Source: a bacterium (lineage in GTDB: Bacteria; Zhuqueibacterota; Zhuqueibacteria; Oceanimicrobiales; Oceanimicrobiaceae). Taken from it: DNA of 31,636 nucleotides. This document shows, piece by piece, positions 16,278 to 25,139 of this stretch. A program made the translations under genes and the position numbers. The first letter of the stretch is position 1. Each line of letters begins with the position of its first letter. The notes below the pieces were generated by a model, which was given only the letters and a program-made list of their open reading frames with translations, was not told the DNA's origin and did no database searches. The stretch covers positions 1 through 31,636 of the forward strand of contig JBHHXT010000039.1 in the NCBI GenBank assembly GCA_046757165.1. Direction: 5' to 3'.

Positions 16278-16293
16278 AGCAATAGGTATGCCA
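16278..16293 (-). promoter_or_regulatory. sigma54 (RpoN) -24/-12 promoter
   Basis: Minus strand TGGCATACCTATTGCT has exact GG-N10-GC spacing and matches TGGCA-N6-TTGC(A/T); 64 bp upstream of the 16214 start. Confidence 0.75.
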
Positions 16294-16382
16294 CACTTTC
16301 ATCGCACCCGAGAACACCGGAGCTCGAGATCCCGCAACCGGCCCCGTCAGCGCTGGCCATGGCTTTGGAAATAGGGCTTAAG

Positions 16383-16395
16383 AATCAAACACTTA
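16383..16395 (+). promoter_or_regulatory. IHF binding-site consensus
   Basis: AATCAA-ACAC-TTA fits WATCAA-N4-TTR, about 90 bp upstream of the sigma54 -24 element. Confidence 0.55.
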
Positions 16396-16685
16396 TGCCG
16401 TTCAAACCAGGTTGGCCTGATCGCGCCAGGAGCAATGAATTAATTGATGAAAAGAATCGCAATCGGCCGCACAACTCACCGATCGGGGCATGTTCCAAAA
16501 TGGTAAAATACTGCGCATGCGATTAGAAATTGAACATTTTTCCCCTGTTCAGTTGTCGGTAGTCCACAAACCGTCTTTCGATTACGCAATTCCATTTTGC
16601 TACGGCACAATATCTTCAAACTTTGGCTGCAAATCAGTAAAAATGACCATAATTTATTAAAGTTCATCAACATAGAAGAAATGTC

Positions 16686-16714
16686 TTGACAATTCTTTGC
16701 GAAAAGTTTATATT
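16686..16714 (+). promoter_or_regulatory. sigma70-type promoter for the 16932 gene
   Basis: TTGACA-17 bp-TATATT in an AT-rich divergent region. Confidence 0.65.
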
Positions 16715-16931
16715 TATTGCCACATAGTAATGTTTCGACCGGGTGGAGACCTTTTGAATTCCTCATTATTATCCAGATTATCCATTTTATTCACAACGGC
16801 AGATAGATTGCTTGCCCTTTCTTGCAAAATGTAAGAGTAACAGTGTTATCATTCAAATTGCTCTGACAAGTTGAGACCCGCCGGGTGTCTCGAGTCAAAT
16901 CGTTCAATGAAGACAATCTAAAGACAGCCCC

Positions 16932-19900
16932 ATGAAACGCATAAGCCAATTACTCATTTCCTTCGCACTTGTGATGTTTGCGGTGGGGGACCTTTACTCG
17001 CAATGGTCAGATAATTCCGCTGAGAATGATACGATCGTGGCCTGGCTGGGCGACCAGATAAGCCCGGCTCTTGTTTCGGATGGAAATCGGGGGGCAATCG
17101 TGGTTTGGCAGGACAAACGGTTCAACAGTTCAGATATTTTTGCCATTCGAATGCACAAATCCGGCAAATTGATGTGGACGCCCGGAGGCGAGCAGGTGGC
17201 ACAGTTTGAAAATGAGCAAATCGCTCCAGTCATCATTGAAGATGGTGACGGAGGCTCATTCATCGCCTGGCAAGACCACCGGAGTTCAGGCTTTGGCAGT
17301 GTTTATGCACAACAGATCGAAAACCTGGACGGACAACCGCAATGGGCCGTGAACGGCATTGAGGTTCGCAGAAGGGGGATCACACCAAATCTGATTCAGG
17401 ATGGCATCCTGGGGATCATCGCTGCTTCTTACGCGCCGGCTCTCGATAAGGATCTTATTGCCGCCCAGAAAGTCAGTCTCGACGCGGACCTCGAGTGGGG
17501 CGCTTCTACGTTGCCGAGTGACTCCGCAAGTGTCGCCAGCACAGAGACGCCTCCCAAACTGGTCTCGGACTTCAACGGCGGCGCCATTTTTGCCTGGGTG
17601 GACATCCGGGGTGGCGTTGACCATGAAATCTACACTGCGCGTCTGGACCAGAGTGGGAGTCGCGCCTGGACGCCGGAAGAAATTCCGTTGGGAACCAGCG
17701 CTACAGAAGGGACCGAGCCCGCGGTTCTTCCCGATGGAGCGGGAGGAATAATCATTGCCTGGATCAGTCCACAATCGCCAGGCTCGACGGACGACCTGAT
17801 CATGGTGCAGAATCTCAATGGAGATGGTGCAAAGCAATGGCCCAGTGAGCCAGGCGTAGTGGTCTCGACCTCCGCCGGCAGCAAAGACAAGGTGAGAATC
17901 ACGCAGGCCGACCAGAACATGTACCTGGTGGTGTGGGAGGATTTGAGCAGCGGTGCAGATAAAGATATCGCTGCGCAGCGCATCGCTTCCGATGGCTCCT
18001 TAGTTCCGCCACTTATTGAGGTGGTCAGCGCCAGCGGCGCACAACGGAACCCAATCGTCCTGGCCAATGGCCTGGGGGAGGTTGTTGTGGCATGGGAAGA
18101 CCATCGAAATAGCACTACGGCGCCGGACATCTACGCACAGCTCGTCGATGCCAGCGGCGGCATCGCCTGGAAAGTGAACGGAGAAGCCGTTTCGACGGCT
18201 CCAGGCAGGCAAGAGAAACCCGCCCTGGCAGCAGACGGCCTGGGGGGAGCGATCATCGTCTGGCAAGACTTTCGCAGCGGCGATTATGACATCTACTCCC
18301 AAAGAATAAGCCAATCAGGGGTACTGGGTGAATTTCGGGCCATCACGATCACCTCGCCGACCCAGTCGCAAGAGTGGGAAATCGGCAGCTCACAACGGAT
18401 CACATGGGACTTTCGAGGCAAGATCGATAGTGTGTCGATTGAGTTATCGCGCAATGGTGGGCAGAATTACTTTGCGCAGGACCTCCTGGCCCGTACAGCA
18501 CCCAACACGGGCAGCTTCGTTGTCGATAGCGTGAGAGGCGACCCGTCACAAAACTGCACCGTTAGAATCAGAGCAGTGGGCGATGAGCATATCGAAAAAG
18601 TCAGCTCCGTCTTCACCATCTCCCCCGCGACCCCCCCGGCCATCGATCCCAATCCGGTGCTGCAGGCCAGCTTGAACGATTCTGTGACCATCTCAGCCAC
18701 CAGCACCGATTTGAGTGGCGTGAGCTCGGTCAGTCTCAACTATCGTCGCGGCGGGGCCCGGCAGTTTGCGAGCGTCGCCATGCAGCGCGGCGAGGATGAC
18801 CGATTCACCGGAGCCATCCCCCCCACGGCCGTAACAAACAGAGGCCTGGAATACTATGTCGCGAGCACAGACAGTATCGGAAACTCGAGCACATCTGACA
18901 CCTTTTTTGTTGCGGTCACCTTTGATGCTGGCGTCGAAACGTGGGACATTGCTGCCGGGTCGTCGCAGTCCTCCTACCATATGATTTCGGCGCCCAACCA
19001 GCTCGACCAGACCCTGGCAGATTCGATTTTTGCTCTCTCCGGGTTTGGCGCCTACGACACCACGAGCTGGCGCTTGTTTCAGTTTCGAGATCCCGTCAAC
19101 GTCGAGCGCGATTCGCTCAACGCCGCCTCCTTCACCTTTGATCCGGGCACGGCCTACTGGATCATTTCCGCCCGGCAGCGTACCATCGACTTTGGTGCCG
19201 GGATTTCTATCCTGACGGATAGCGACTATGAAATCACGCTGCACCCAGGCTGGAATCAGGTGGGCAACCCCTTTGCTTTTACCATCGATTGGGACGATAT
19301 TCTGGCTGCCAGCGGCAATCCCAGGATCAGCAGACCCTCGACTTTCCGCGGCTCGTATCTCAACCCGCCAACGCTCGAGCCGTTCGAAGGATACTTTGTC
19401 TACCGGTTCGGCGCCACAGATACCACCCTGGTTTTTCCGCCGATGGAATTTGCGGAACCAGTCGCCCTTGCCAAAAGCGGCACGGAGTCGGACTGGCAAC
19501 TTCAAATCACGGCGACCTGCGAGCAGGCGCGAGATGATTTCAATTTTCTCGGCATCGATCAGCGGGCCGCTCTTGAATGGGACCGTCTGGACCAACCAGA
19601 ACCGCCGCCGATCGGCGAGTTTGTCTCGGTCTATTTTCCGCAACACGACTGGCGCCGCTTCGCCTCGGATTATACCAGCGATTACAGACCGGAGCTGGGC
19701 GAGGGGCAGATCTGGCGCTTGAACGTGCGCACAAACATCGCTGGCTCGCAGGTCAAATTGACCTTTTCAGGCCTATCCGCTCTGCCGGAGGATCTGAGCG
19801 TCGTGCTGCTCGACCAGACCTTGAGCGTTCAGCAAGATTTGCGTCAGAACCCGGAATATCTTTTTGCTACAGGCAGCCGTGGGGCCACCAAATCATTGCT

Positions 19901-20243
19901 CCTGCTGGTCGGTGAGCAGGGGTTCTTGGCAGACCAGACTTCCGGTCTTGGTCTCGTGCCGACTGATTTTCAGGTGTCGCAGAATTTTCCGAATCCGTTC
20001 AACCCGTCGACTTCCATCCGTTTTGGTCTGCCGAACGACGAAAACGTGACGGTCAGAATTTATGATCTGCTCGGACGCGAAGTCAAAACGCTCATCAATG
20101 ACGAGCCACACAGCGCTGGATTCCATGTCGTGACCTGGACCGGCCAGAACAAGAACGGCCGCGCTGTTGCCAGTGGTCTTTATATTTACCGGATCACCGC
20201 CGGGGCGTTCTCGCAAACGCGCAAAATGCTCCTGGTGAAATAA
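16932..20243 (+). CDS. Secreted repeat (probable beta-propeller) protein with Ig-like domains and FlgD-Ig/T9SS-type CTD
   Basis: Signal peptide ending YS-Q; about eight DGxGGAIIxWxDxR...DIYAQR repeats in aa ~45-460; QNFPNPFN...WTG...SGLY CTD. Confidence 0.9.
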   Translation: MKRISQLLISFALVMFAVGDLYSQWSDNSAENDTIVAWLGDQISPALVSDGNRGAIVVWQDKRFNSSDIFAIRMHKSGKLMWTPGGEQVAQFENEQIAPVIIEDGDGGSFIAWQDHRSSGFGSVYAQQIENLDGQPQWAVNGIEVRRRGITPNLIQDGILGIIAASYAPALDKDLIAAQKVSLDADLEWGASTLPSDSASVASTETPPKLVSDFNGGAIFAWVDIRGGVDHEIYTARLDQSGSRAWTPEEIPLGTSATEGTEPAVLPDGAGGIIIAWISPQSPGSTDDLIMVQNLNGDGAKQWPSEPGVVVSTSAGSKDKVRITQADQNMYLVVWEDLSSGADKDIAAQRIASDGSLVPPLIEVVSASGAQRNPIVLANGLGEVVVAWEDHRNSTTAPDIYAQLVDASGGIAWKVNGEAVSTAPGRQEKPALAADGLGGAIIVWQDFRSGDYDIYSQRISQSGVLGEFRAITITSPTQSQEWEIGSSQRITWDFRGKIDSVSIELSRNGGQNYFAQDLLARTAPNTGSFVVDSVRGDPSQNCTVRIRAVGDEHIEKVSSVFTISPATPPAIDPNPVLQASLNDSVTISATSTDLSGVSSVSLNYRRGGARQFASVAMQRGEDDRFTGAIPPTAVTNRGLEYYVASTDSIGNSSTSDTFFVAVTFDAGVETWDIAAGSSQSSYHMISAPNQLDQTLADSIFALSGFGAYDTTSWRLFQFRDPVNVERDSLNAASFTFDPGTAYWIISARQRTIDFGAGISILTDSDYEITLHPGWNQVGNPFAFTIDWDDILAASGNPRISRPSTFRGSYLNPPTLEPFEGYFVYRFGATDTTLVFPPMEFAEPVALAKSGTESDWQLQITATCEQARDDFNFLGIDQRAALEWDRLDQPEPPPIGEFVSVYFPQHDWRRFASDYTSDYRPELGEGQIWRLNVRTNIAGSQVKLTFSGLSALPEDLSVVLLDQTLSVQQDLRQNPEYLFATGSRGATKSLLLLVGEQGFLADQTSGLGLVPTDFQVSQNFPNPFNPSTSIRFGLPNDENVTVRIYDLLGREVKTLINDEPHSAGFHVVTWTGQNKNGRAVASGLYIYRITAGAFSQTRKMLLVK

Positions 20244-20288
20244 GGACATATGTCCTGATCGTAAATAGCACTATCAGGGAGTCTTAGT

Positions 20289-21173
20289 ATGAGACCTTTG
20301 ACCCAACTCCTGCTCACCAGCTTTTTTGTCCTCAATTTATCGGGGATTGTCTTTGCTCAAGATCAGGAGAAACCGGAGCGCAGCAAGCAGGCCCTGTCGC
20401 AGGATGGATACGACCATACGGCGCCTGCCATTGTCAAGATCGTCTCTGACGCGGGCAGCCGCATCGGCACAGGTGCCATCGTCGGAGTGCACCGGGATCC
20501 CAAGACCAATGAGAACATCGGCTTCATTCTGACCTCCTACAGTATGGTCGCGGGTCGGGACAAAGTAGCGGTCCTGTTGAAAAACCACGCCGGCGGTCTG
20601 CTCGGTCATGTCGTCGACAAATGGATCGATTTTGATCTGGACGTTGCCATCGTGGCCGTCCGAAACTTTCCACCGGGCCAGCCGGTCATCACCATTGGCC
20701 AGCCCAAAGTTACGGAGAGTGGCAACATCTTCACCGCCATCACCCATACCGATGCAGGAAACTGGGTGCCAACACCAACAGAGCTGAACAGCATTGACGA
20801 AAAGCATATGATCTTCAATGTCGCTGAAGGGGCAAGCCTGGAAGGCGCACCCCTGGTCGATAAAGATGGCGTCATGCTCGGTCTTTTCGTCGGGGATGAG
20901 ACAATGAGCTCCGGGGAGATGCCCCTGGCTTCGGCAGTTAGAAGTATCGCATTCAAACCGATCATGAAAGAGTGGTTTCAGCCCATCAAGCTGCAGCAGA
21001 AGTGGCAAGAGCAGGGCGCTGGAATTGCGACCTGGATCTGGGCCGTAGGCGGCGGCGTGGTCGGGGGAACCATCGCGACCGTATTGGCCATCGCCGGCGG
21101 TGAAGATGGCGCAGGGGGACCCAGAGGGTTGCCGGGGCCGCCAAACCCACCGCCGCAACCCACGGGGCAATAG
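20289..21173 (+). CDS. Trypsin-like (S1/Trypsin_2) fold protein with degenerate catalytic residues, C-terminal TM helix and Pro-rich tail
   Basis: PAIVKI...GTGAIV...FILTSYSMV...DVAIV...LEGAPLVDKDGVMLG follows the HtrA-like motif order; ends with a hydrophobic segment then GLPGPPNPPPQP. Confidence 0.75.
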   Translation: MRPLTQLLLTSFFVLNLSGIVFAQDQEKPERSKQALSQDGYDHTAPAIVKIVSDAGSRIGTGAIVGVHRDPKTNENIGFILTSYSMVAGRDKVAVLLKNHAGGLLGHVVDKWIDFDLDVAIVAVRNFPPGQPVITIGQPKVTESGNIFTAITHTDAGNWVPTPTELNSIDEKHMIFNVAEGASLEGAPLVDKDGVMLGLFVGDETMSSGEMPLASAVRSIAFKPIMKEWFQPIKLQQKWQEQGAGIATWIWAVGGGVVGGTIATVLAIAGGEDGAGGPRGLPGPPNPPPQPTGQ

Positions 21174-21219
21174 CCGGCGATGAGGCCTTTGCAAAGGGTT
21201 ATCCCGACCGAAAAAATCA

Positions 21220-21416
21220 AGACTATTCAGGTGTTTAGACTGTAGGCTATTAGGCTGTTAGATTTACTCCTCTAAACATCCCAGCCGTTTGGCCCCGCCT
21301 TGCGGGGATAATGCAATTCCCGTAACGATGCAAAAGCGATTTCAAGGAAGCGAACATGTCTCTCATCGATTCTTCCTACACCCTACTAGTCTACAACCTA
21401 TCTACCTGAATCGTCT
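21220..21416 (-). pseudogene. Repeat-bounded remnant of a four-helix-bundle (23S rRNA IVP-type) gene, copy 1
   Basis: Ends AGACTATTCAGG.../...CCTGAATCGTCT. Minus strand reads MRD (21366-21358), VRFLEIAFASLRELHY (21355-21308) and AKRLGCLEE-stop (21293-21264) in broken frames. Confidence 0.75.
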
Positions 21417-21452
21417 CTCCAACAACCGGACATCCTCTGGACCGACTCGCTG

Positions 21453-22922
21453 TTATGTCGACTTCGTTCTCTGACTCTGCCGGCGAGAGTTACCACGCCT
21501 GCGCCGGCGGCCCGATCTCTGCGGTTTTTGGGGCGAGGATGCGGCTGAGTCTGGTGGTTGAGCCAGGGGCGCATGGAGCATCTGCTGGTAATAATCGTCT
21601 AGCAGCATAGCGATGATGGCCGACTCGTCCTCACTTTCGATCAGGGTGCGGGCGAGCGGCACAAATCGGAGGCTGCGTTCCGTTTGCAGTTTGTCACGTT
21701 CACGCAGCCGGGCCTCGAGTAGGGTTGTCAAGCGTTCTGTGACAACCGTCTCCACGTCAGCATCCGTTGGCAGAGGTCGCTCTTGCAGGTCGATACCGTA
21801 GCGTTTGGCGATACGGCCGAGCGTAGACATTTCCATCCCGCTCACCAGTGAGATCGCAATTCCGGTTGCGCCCGCTCGGCCCGTGCGTCCGGCGCGGTGA
21901 ATGTAGCTCTCGGGGTCTTCAGGTGGTTCATATTGAATCACGTGGGAGAGATCGGGGATGTCGAGACCTCGCGCTGCCACATCGGTCGCCACCAGAAGAC
22001 GAAGCGTCCCCTGGCGAACACGCTGCAAGACCCGCTCGCGATCCTTTTGTGAAAGGTTAGCCGTCAGTTCATCCGCGTCATATCCGAATCGTTGCAGCAC
22101 CACCGAGACGTAATGCACGGTGTCTTTGGTGTTGCAGAAGATGATGGCTGAGGCCGGGTTTTCGGTCTCGATCAGGCGGACGAGGCTGCGCTCCCGATCC
22201 ATGCCCGGAACTGTATAGACAATATGTTCGGTGTCCGTGACGTGGACCTGATCGCCGCTGAGACTGAGAAATTCCGGTTCACGAATGAACTCACGCGCGG
22301 TGCGCATGACGTAGATCGGAAAGGTGGCGGAGAGCATGCAGGTATTTATGGCGCGCCTGGGCAGATAACTCTGCATCTTGCGCATGTCGGGATAAAATCC
22401 CATCGACAACATGCGATCCGCCTCGTCAAAGATGAGCAATCTGAGATGTTTGAGCGAGAAAGGTCCTTTGAGCAGATGGTCGAGGACGCGGCCCGGCGTT
22501 CCGATGACAACATGCGCGCCCTGTCTGAGGGCGTCGATTTGTGGCCCATAGCCGACGCCACCATACACTGCGACGGAGCGGAGGCCCTTGTTGCCACACA
22601 GCGTCTCGGCCTCCTTCCACACCTGCCGGGCGAGCTCGCGCGTGGGAACAAGAACGAGCGCTTGACAGTGGGGGTGCATGGGGTCGAGCCGTTCCAGCAT
22701 GGGCAGGAGAAACGCGCCGGTCTTGCCGCTGCCGGTCCGGGCCTGAATCATCATGTCCCGCCCTGCGAGCAGGTAAGGGATGGCCCGGGCCTGCACGGGC
22801 ATCAGGGACGTCCAGCCAGCGCGCGTCGCAGCGTTACGCAAACTCTCGGGCAACTGTTCAAGCGTCACGTCGGACAATGGCCCGGGCTGCGGGTCAGGGG
22901 TAGGGTTGGAAGGGTTCTTCAA
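21453..22922 (-). CDS. DEAD-box RNA helicase
   Basis: Q motif (MPVQ), TGSGKT, PTRELA, TPGR, DEAD, SAT, ARGLD and HRAGRTGR all present. Confidence 0.95.
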   Translation of the reverse strand: MKNPSNPTPDPQPGPLSDVTLEQLPESLRNAATRAGWTSLMPVQARAIPYLLAGRDMMIQARTGSGKTGAFLLPMLERLDPMHPHCQALVLVPTRELARQVWKEAETLCGNKGLRSVAVYGGVGYGPQIDALRQGAHVVIGTPGRVLDHLLKGPFSLKHLRLLIFDEADRMLSMGFYPDMRKMQSYLPRRAINTCMLSATFPIYVMRTAREFIREPEFLSLSGDQVHVTDTEHIVYTVPGMDRERSLVRLIETENPASAIIFCNTKDTVHYVSVVLQRFGYDADELTANLSQKDRERVLQRVRQGTLRLLVATDVAARGLDIPDLSHVIQYEPPEDPESYIHRAGRTGRAGATGIAISLVSGMEMSTLGRIAKRYGIDLQERPLPTDADVETVVTERLTTLLEARLRERDKLQTERSLRFVPLARTLIESEDESAIIAMLLDDYYQQMLHAPLAQPPDSAASSPQKPQRSGRRRRRGNSRRQSQRTKST

Positions 22923-23056
22923 GATTGCCTCGTTTTTGGATTAGATTAATAACAAGACATAATACCTCTTTTTTTCTTGAATTGCAACTGCCTCGCTCAC
23001 AATATCCGGCTGTGGTTTTGAGACACTCATCGCCGAGCACACGCAGATGCGACAGC

Positions 23057-24868
23057 CTATTGGAGAAGCAGCATCTTCTTTGTCTGCTTGTATCCGTCCG
23101 TAACGATGGTGTAGTAATATATTCCTGAACTAACCGCTCGTCCTTTATTGTCTCTTCCATTCCAGTTCACTGAATAAGCTCCTGGGGCTTTTTTCTCATC
23201 TACTAAGGTCCGTATCAATTGTCCACTGATATTGTAGATGTTTAGATTCACATATGATCCAAATGTCACAATTTCCGGTATCTGATAATCAAGTCTCGTT
23301 GAGGAATTGAACGGATTGGGATAGTTTTGACTCAGTGCAAAGGCTTTTGGCAGTGGGCGTGGCGATGGTGAAGAAGTGACGGGACCGCTGCCCAACTGGA
23401 CCATCATTGCAGTCGAGGGGACTCCGCTGACATCAATGAGAAACAACATGTAGTACCCTGGAGGCGCCAGATTGGGGTTGCCTGGAGCATTCACGACAAG
23501 TGAAGCAGGAGCCTGTGGCGGCCGGCTGAATTCGAGGGGCACGTAGCGCTGGGCCATGTTGACGGAGTGAGTCACGCTGGACAACCGGATCAGCACGACC
23601 GAGTCAATCCCTGGTGCGTCTGGAGTCTCCACGACGAATGGTTCGCTGTAGGGTAATCGCCCGGGCGCGGCTTCGATAACCGGTCGAGGTCCGCGGAACA
23701 GATATGGCGGCGAGTAGAGCTCGGTCGTGAACTCTCCGTCGGACCCGCCGGCCAGCACGCGACCGTCCGGCAGAAGAATAGCCGTTGAGTGGTACACCCG
23801 GGGGCGTTGCATGGCGGCCATCCCCGACCAGGTTTCGGTTTCGGGATCAAACATCTCCGCCTGGTAGACCGCAGAAGGGGGGGCTGCAACAACATCATCT
23901 TCGTGATCATGTTCGTGCATCTCGCTGTGTCCGCCGATGACCAGGAGCTTACCGTCCGGCAGGAGCACCCCATTGGCGTGCATTCTCGGGAAGTTCATCG
24001 GTTGCGTGTACCGCCAGGCAGGGAGGGGCTCATCAAGGTCAATGATCTCTGCCGTTTCGGTCACGACGCCCTCACTCTGTCCACCGATGATCATCACCCG
24101 GTCCCGCTCCGGTGGGAGCAACACCGACATGCCGCCGTCCCGACCTCCGTAGTTGGACCACACGATCCCATACCAGGACCAGGTGCCGATCTTGTATGTC
24201 CCGGTGATCTGCGAAGGTCCTGAATAGAAAACATCCCCCGAGCTCAGCACGTGCATCGTCGGGTAGAGTGGGAGTTCCACTTGCGAAACGATCTGCCAAC
24301 CTGTTGTTGAGCCGGGTTCGTATACTTCTACATCGGTGTTGATTTTACCTGTCAGCTCATCAAAGCCCGAGAAGACCAGCACGCGGCCATCCGGGAGCGT
24401 GACGTTGGTTGGATACCAGCGCCCGTCGGCCATATCCTCGACACGTGTCCAGGTCTCGTCAAACGGGTCGAAGATGTGGGTATCCCTGATGCCCCGGAAT
24501 TCATCAGGGGGTGCAGGGCCGTTCCCACCCGTGACCAGCAACCGGCCGTCGGCCAGGAAAGAATGCCCGCTGCAGAATAAAGGGCGGTCGACGGGCACTG
24601 GCGTGAATTCCCATGTCGCCGCATCCCATAGCCATGCTCCGGGCCACTCGTCGAAGCCGGGAAAATCGAAGTGCAAAACCTTGCCGGTTGGCAGCAGGAA
24701 GGAGTGGATGGCTGACACAGGCCACTGATAAGGCCCGTCCCATTGCCCAACCTCCGAGGGAGGCATCATTCTCCGTTTTGTCGGGGGCGCGGTTTGCGCA
24801 AGACTCGTCGTGTGGAAGGATAAGAGAACAATTGCGGTCGACAAAAGCAATGATGGACTTTTCTTCAC
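23057..24868 (-). CDS. Secreted galactose-oxidase-like copper radical oxidase (AA5; kelch + DUF1929 domain) with T9SS-type CTD
   Basis: LFCSGH (Cys), RWYP (Tyr), RVYHS (Tyr-His), VTHS (His), YSPPYL and PPGYYMLF; QNYPNPFN CTD. GTG at 24868 follows GAGAGG (track start 24886). Confidence 0.9.
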   Translation of the reverse strand: MKKSPSLLLSTAIVLLSFHTTSLAQTAPPTKRRMMPPSEVGQWDGPYQWPVSAIHSFLLPTGKVLHFDFPGFDEWPGAWLWDAATWEFTPVPVDRPLFCSGHSFLADGRLLVTGGNGPAPPDEFRGIRDTHIFDPFDETWTRVEDMADGRWYPTNVTLPDGRVLVFSGFDELTGKINTDVEVYEPGSTTGWQIVSQVELPLYPTMHVLSSGDVFYSGPSQITGTYKIGTWSWYGIVWSNYGGRDGGMSVLLPPERDRVMIIGGQSEGVVTETAEIIDLDEPLPAWRYTQPMNFPRMHANGVLLPDGKLLVIGGHSEMHEHDHEDDVVAAPPSAVYQAEMFDPETETWSGMAAMQRPRVYHSTAILLPDGRVLAGGSDGEFTTELYSPPYLFRGPRPVIEAAPGRLPYSEPFVVETPDAPGIDSVVLIRLSSVTHSVNMAQRYVPLEFSRPPQAPASLVVNAPGNPNLAPPGYYMLFLIDVSGVPSTAMMVQLGSGPVTSSPSPRPLPKAFALSQNYPNPFNSSTRLDYQIPEIVTFGSYVNLNIYNISGQLIRTLVDEKKAPGAYSVNWNGRDNKGRAVSSGIYYYTIVTDGYKQTKKMLLLQ

Positions 24869-25139
24869 GATAGGCCTCTCTTTCAAGGGAATAGTGAGCT
24901 CGCGTTAAGAATGTGATGCGTCCTGAGCCGTCCCGGTCCAGAAGTCTTGGTTTGGGGTTTGTCTAGCAGACGTGTTCGGTCTGTCCTTCTCCGCCGGGTG
25001 GCGTGTGGCAAGTCTACCGACGCGCCAACCCAAAACACGGCGAGTCCCTCCCGCAGCCGTTTGCGCTTGTGTCCACTGTCGATGGGAGATGTGATGGTGA
25101 CTTTATTTGCGCAGGGAGTCGCGGCAAGCTGTTTGCATG

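Noticed and set aside
16221..16766. ORFs 16221-16526 and 16476-16766
   Set aside because: They cover the divergent promoter region (sigma54, IHF, sigma70 sites) and look non-coding.
18693..19646. Long antisense ORFs (e.g. 18693-19646, 2456-3316, 8400-9167, 20337-21194, 22224-22949)
   Set aside because: Shadow frames of well-supported GC-rich genes on the opposite strand, with no motifs.
24887..25139. Riboswitch upstream of the copper radical oxidase
   Set aside because: No recognisable conserved aptamer motifs by eye; an Rfam scan would be needed.
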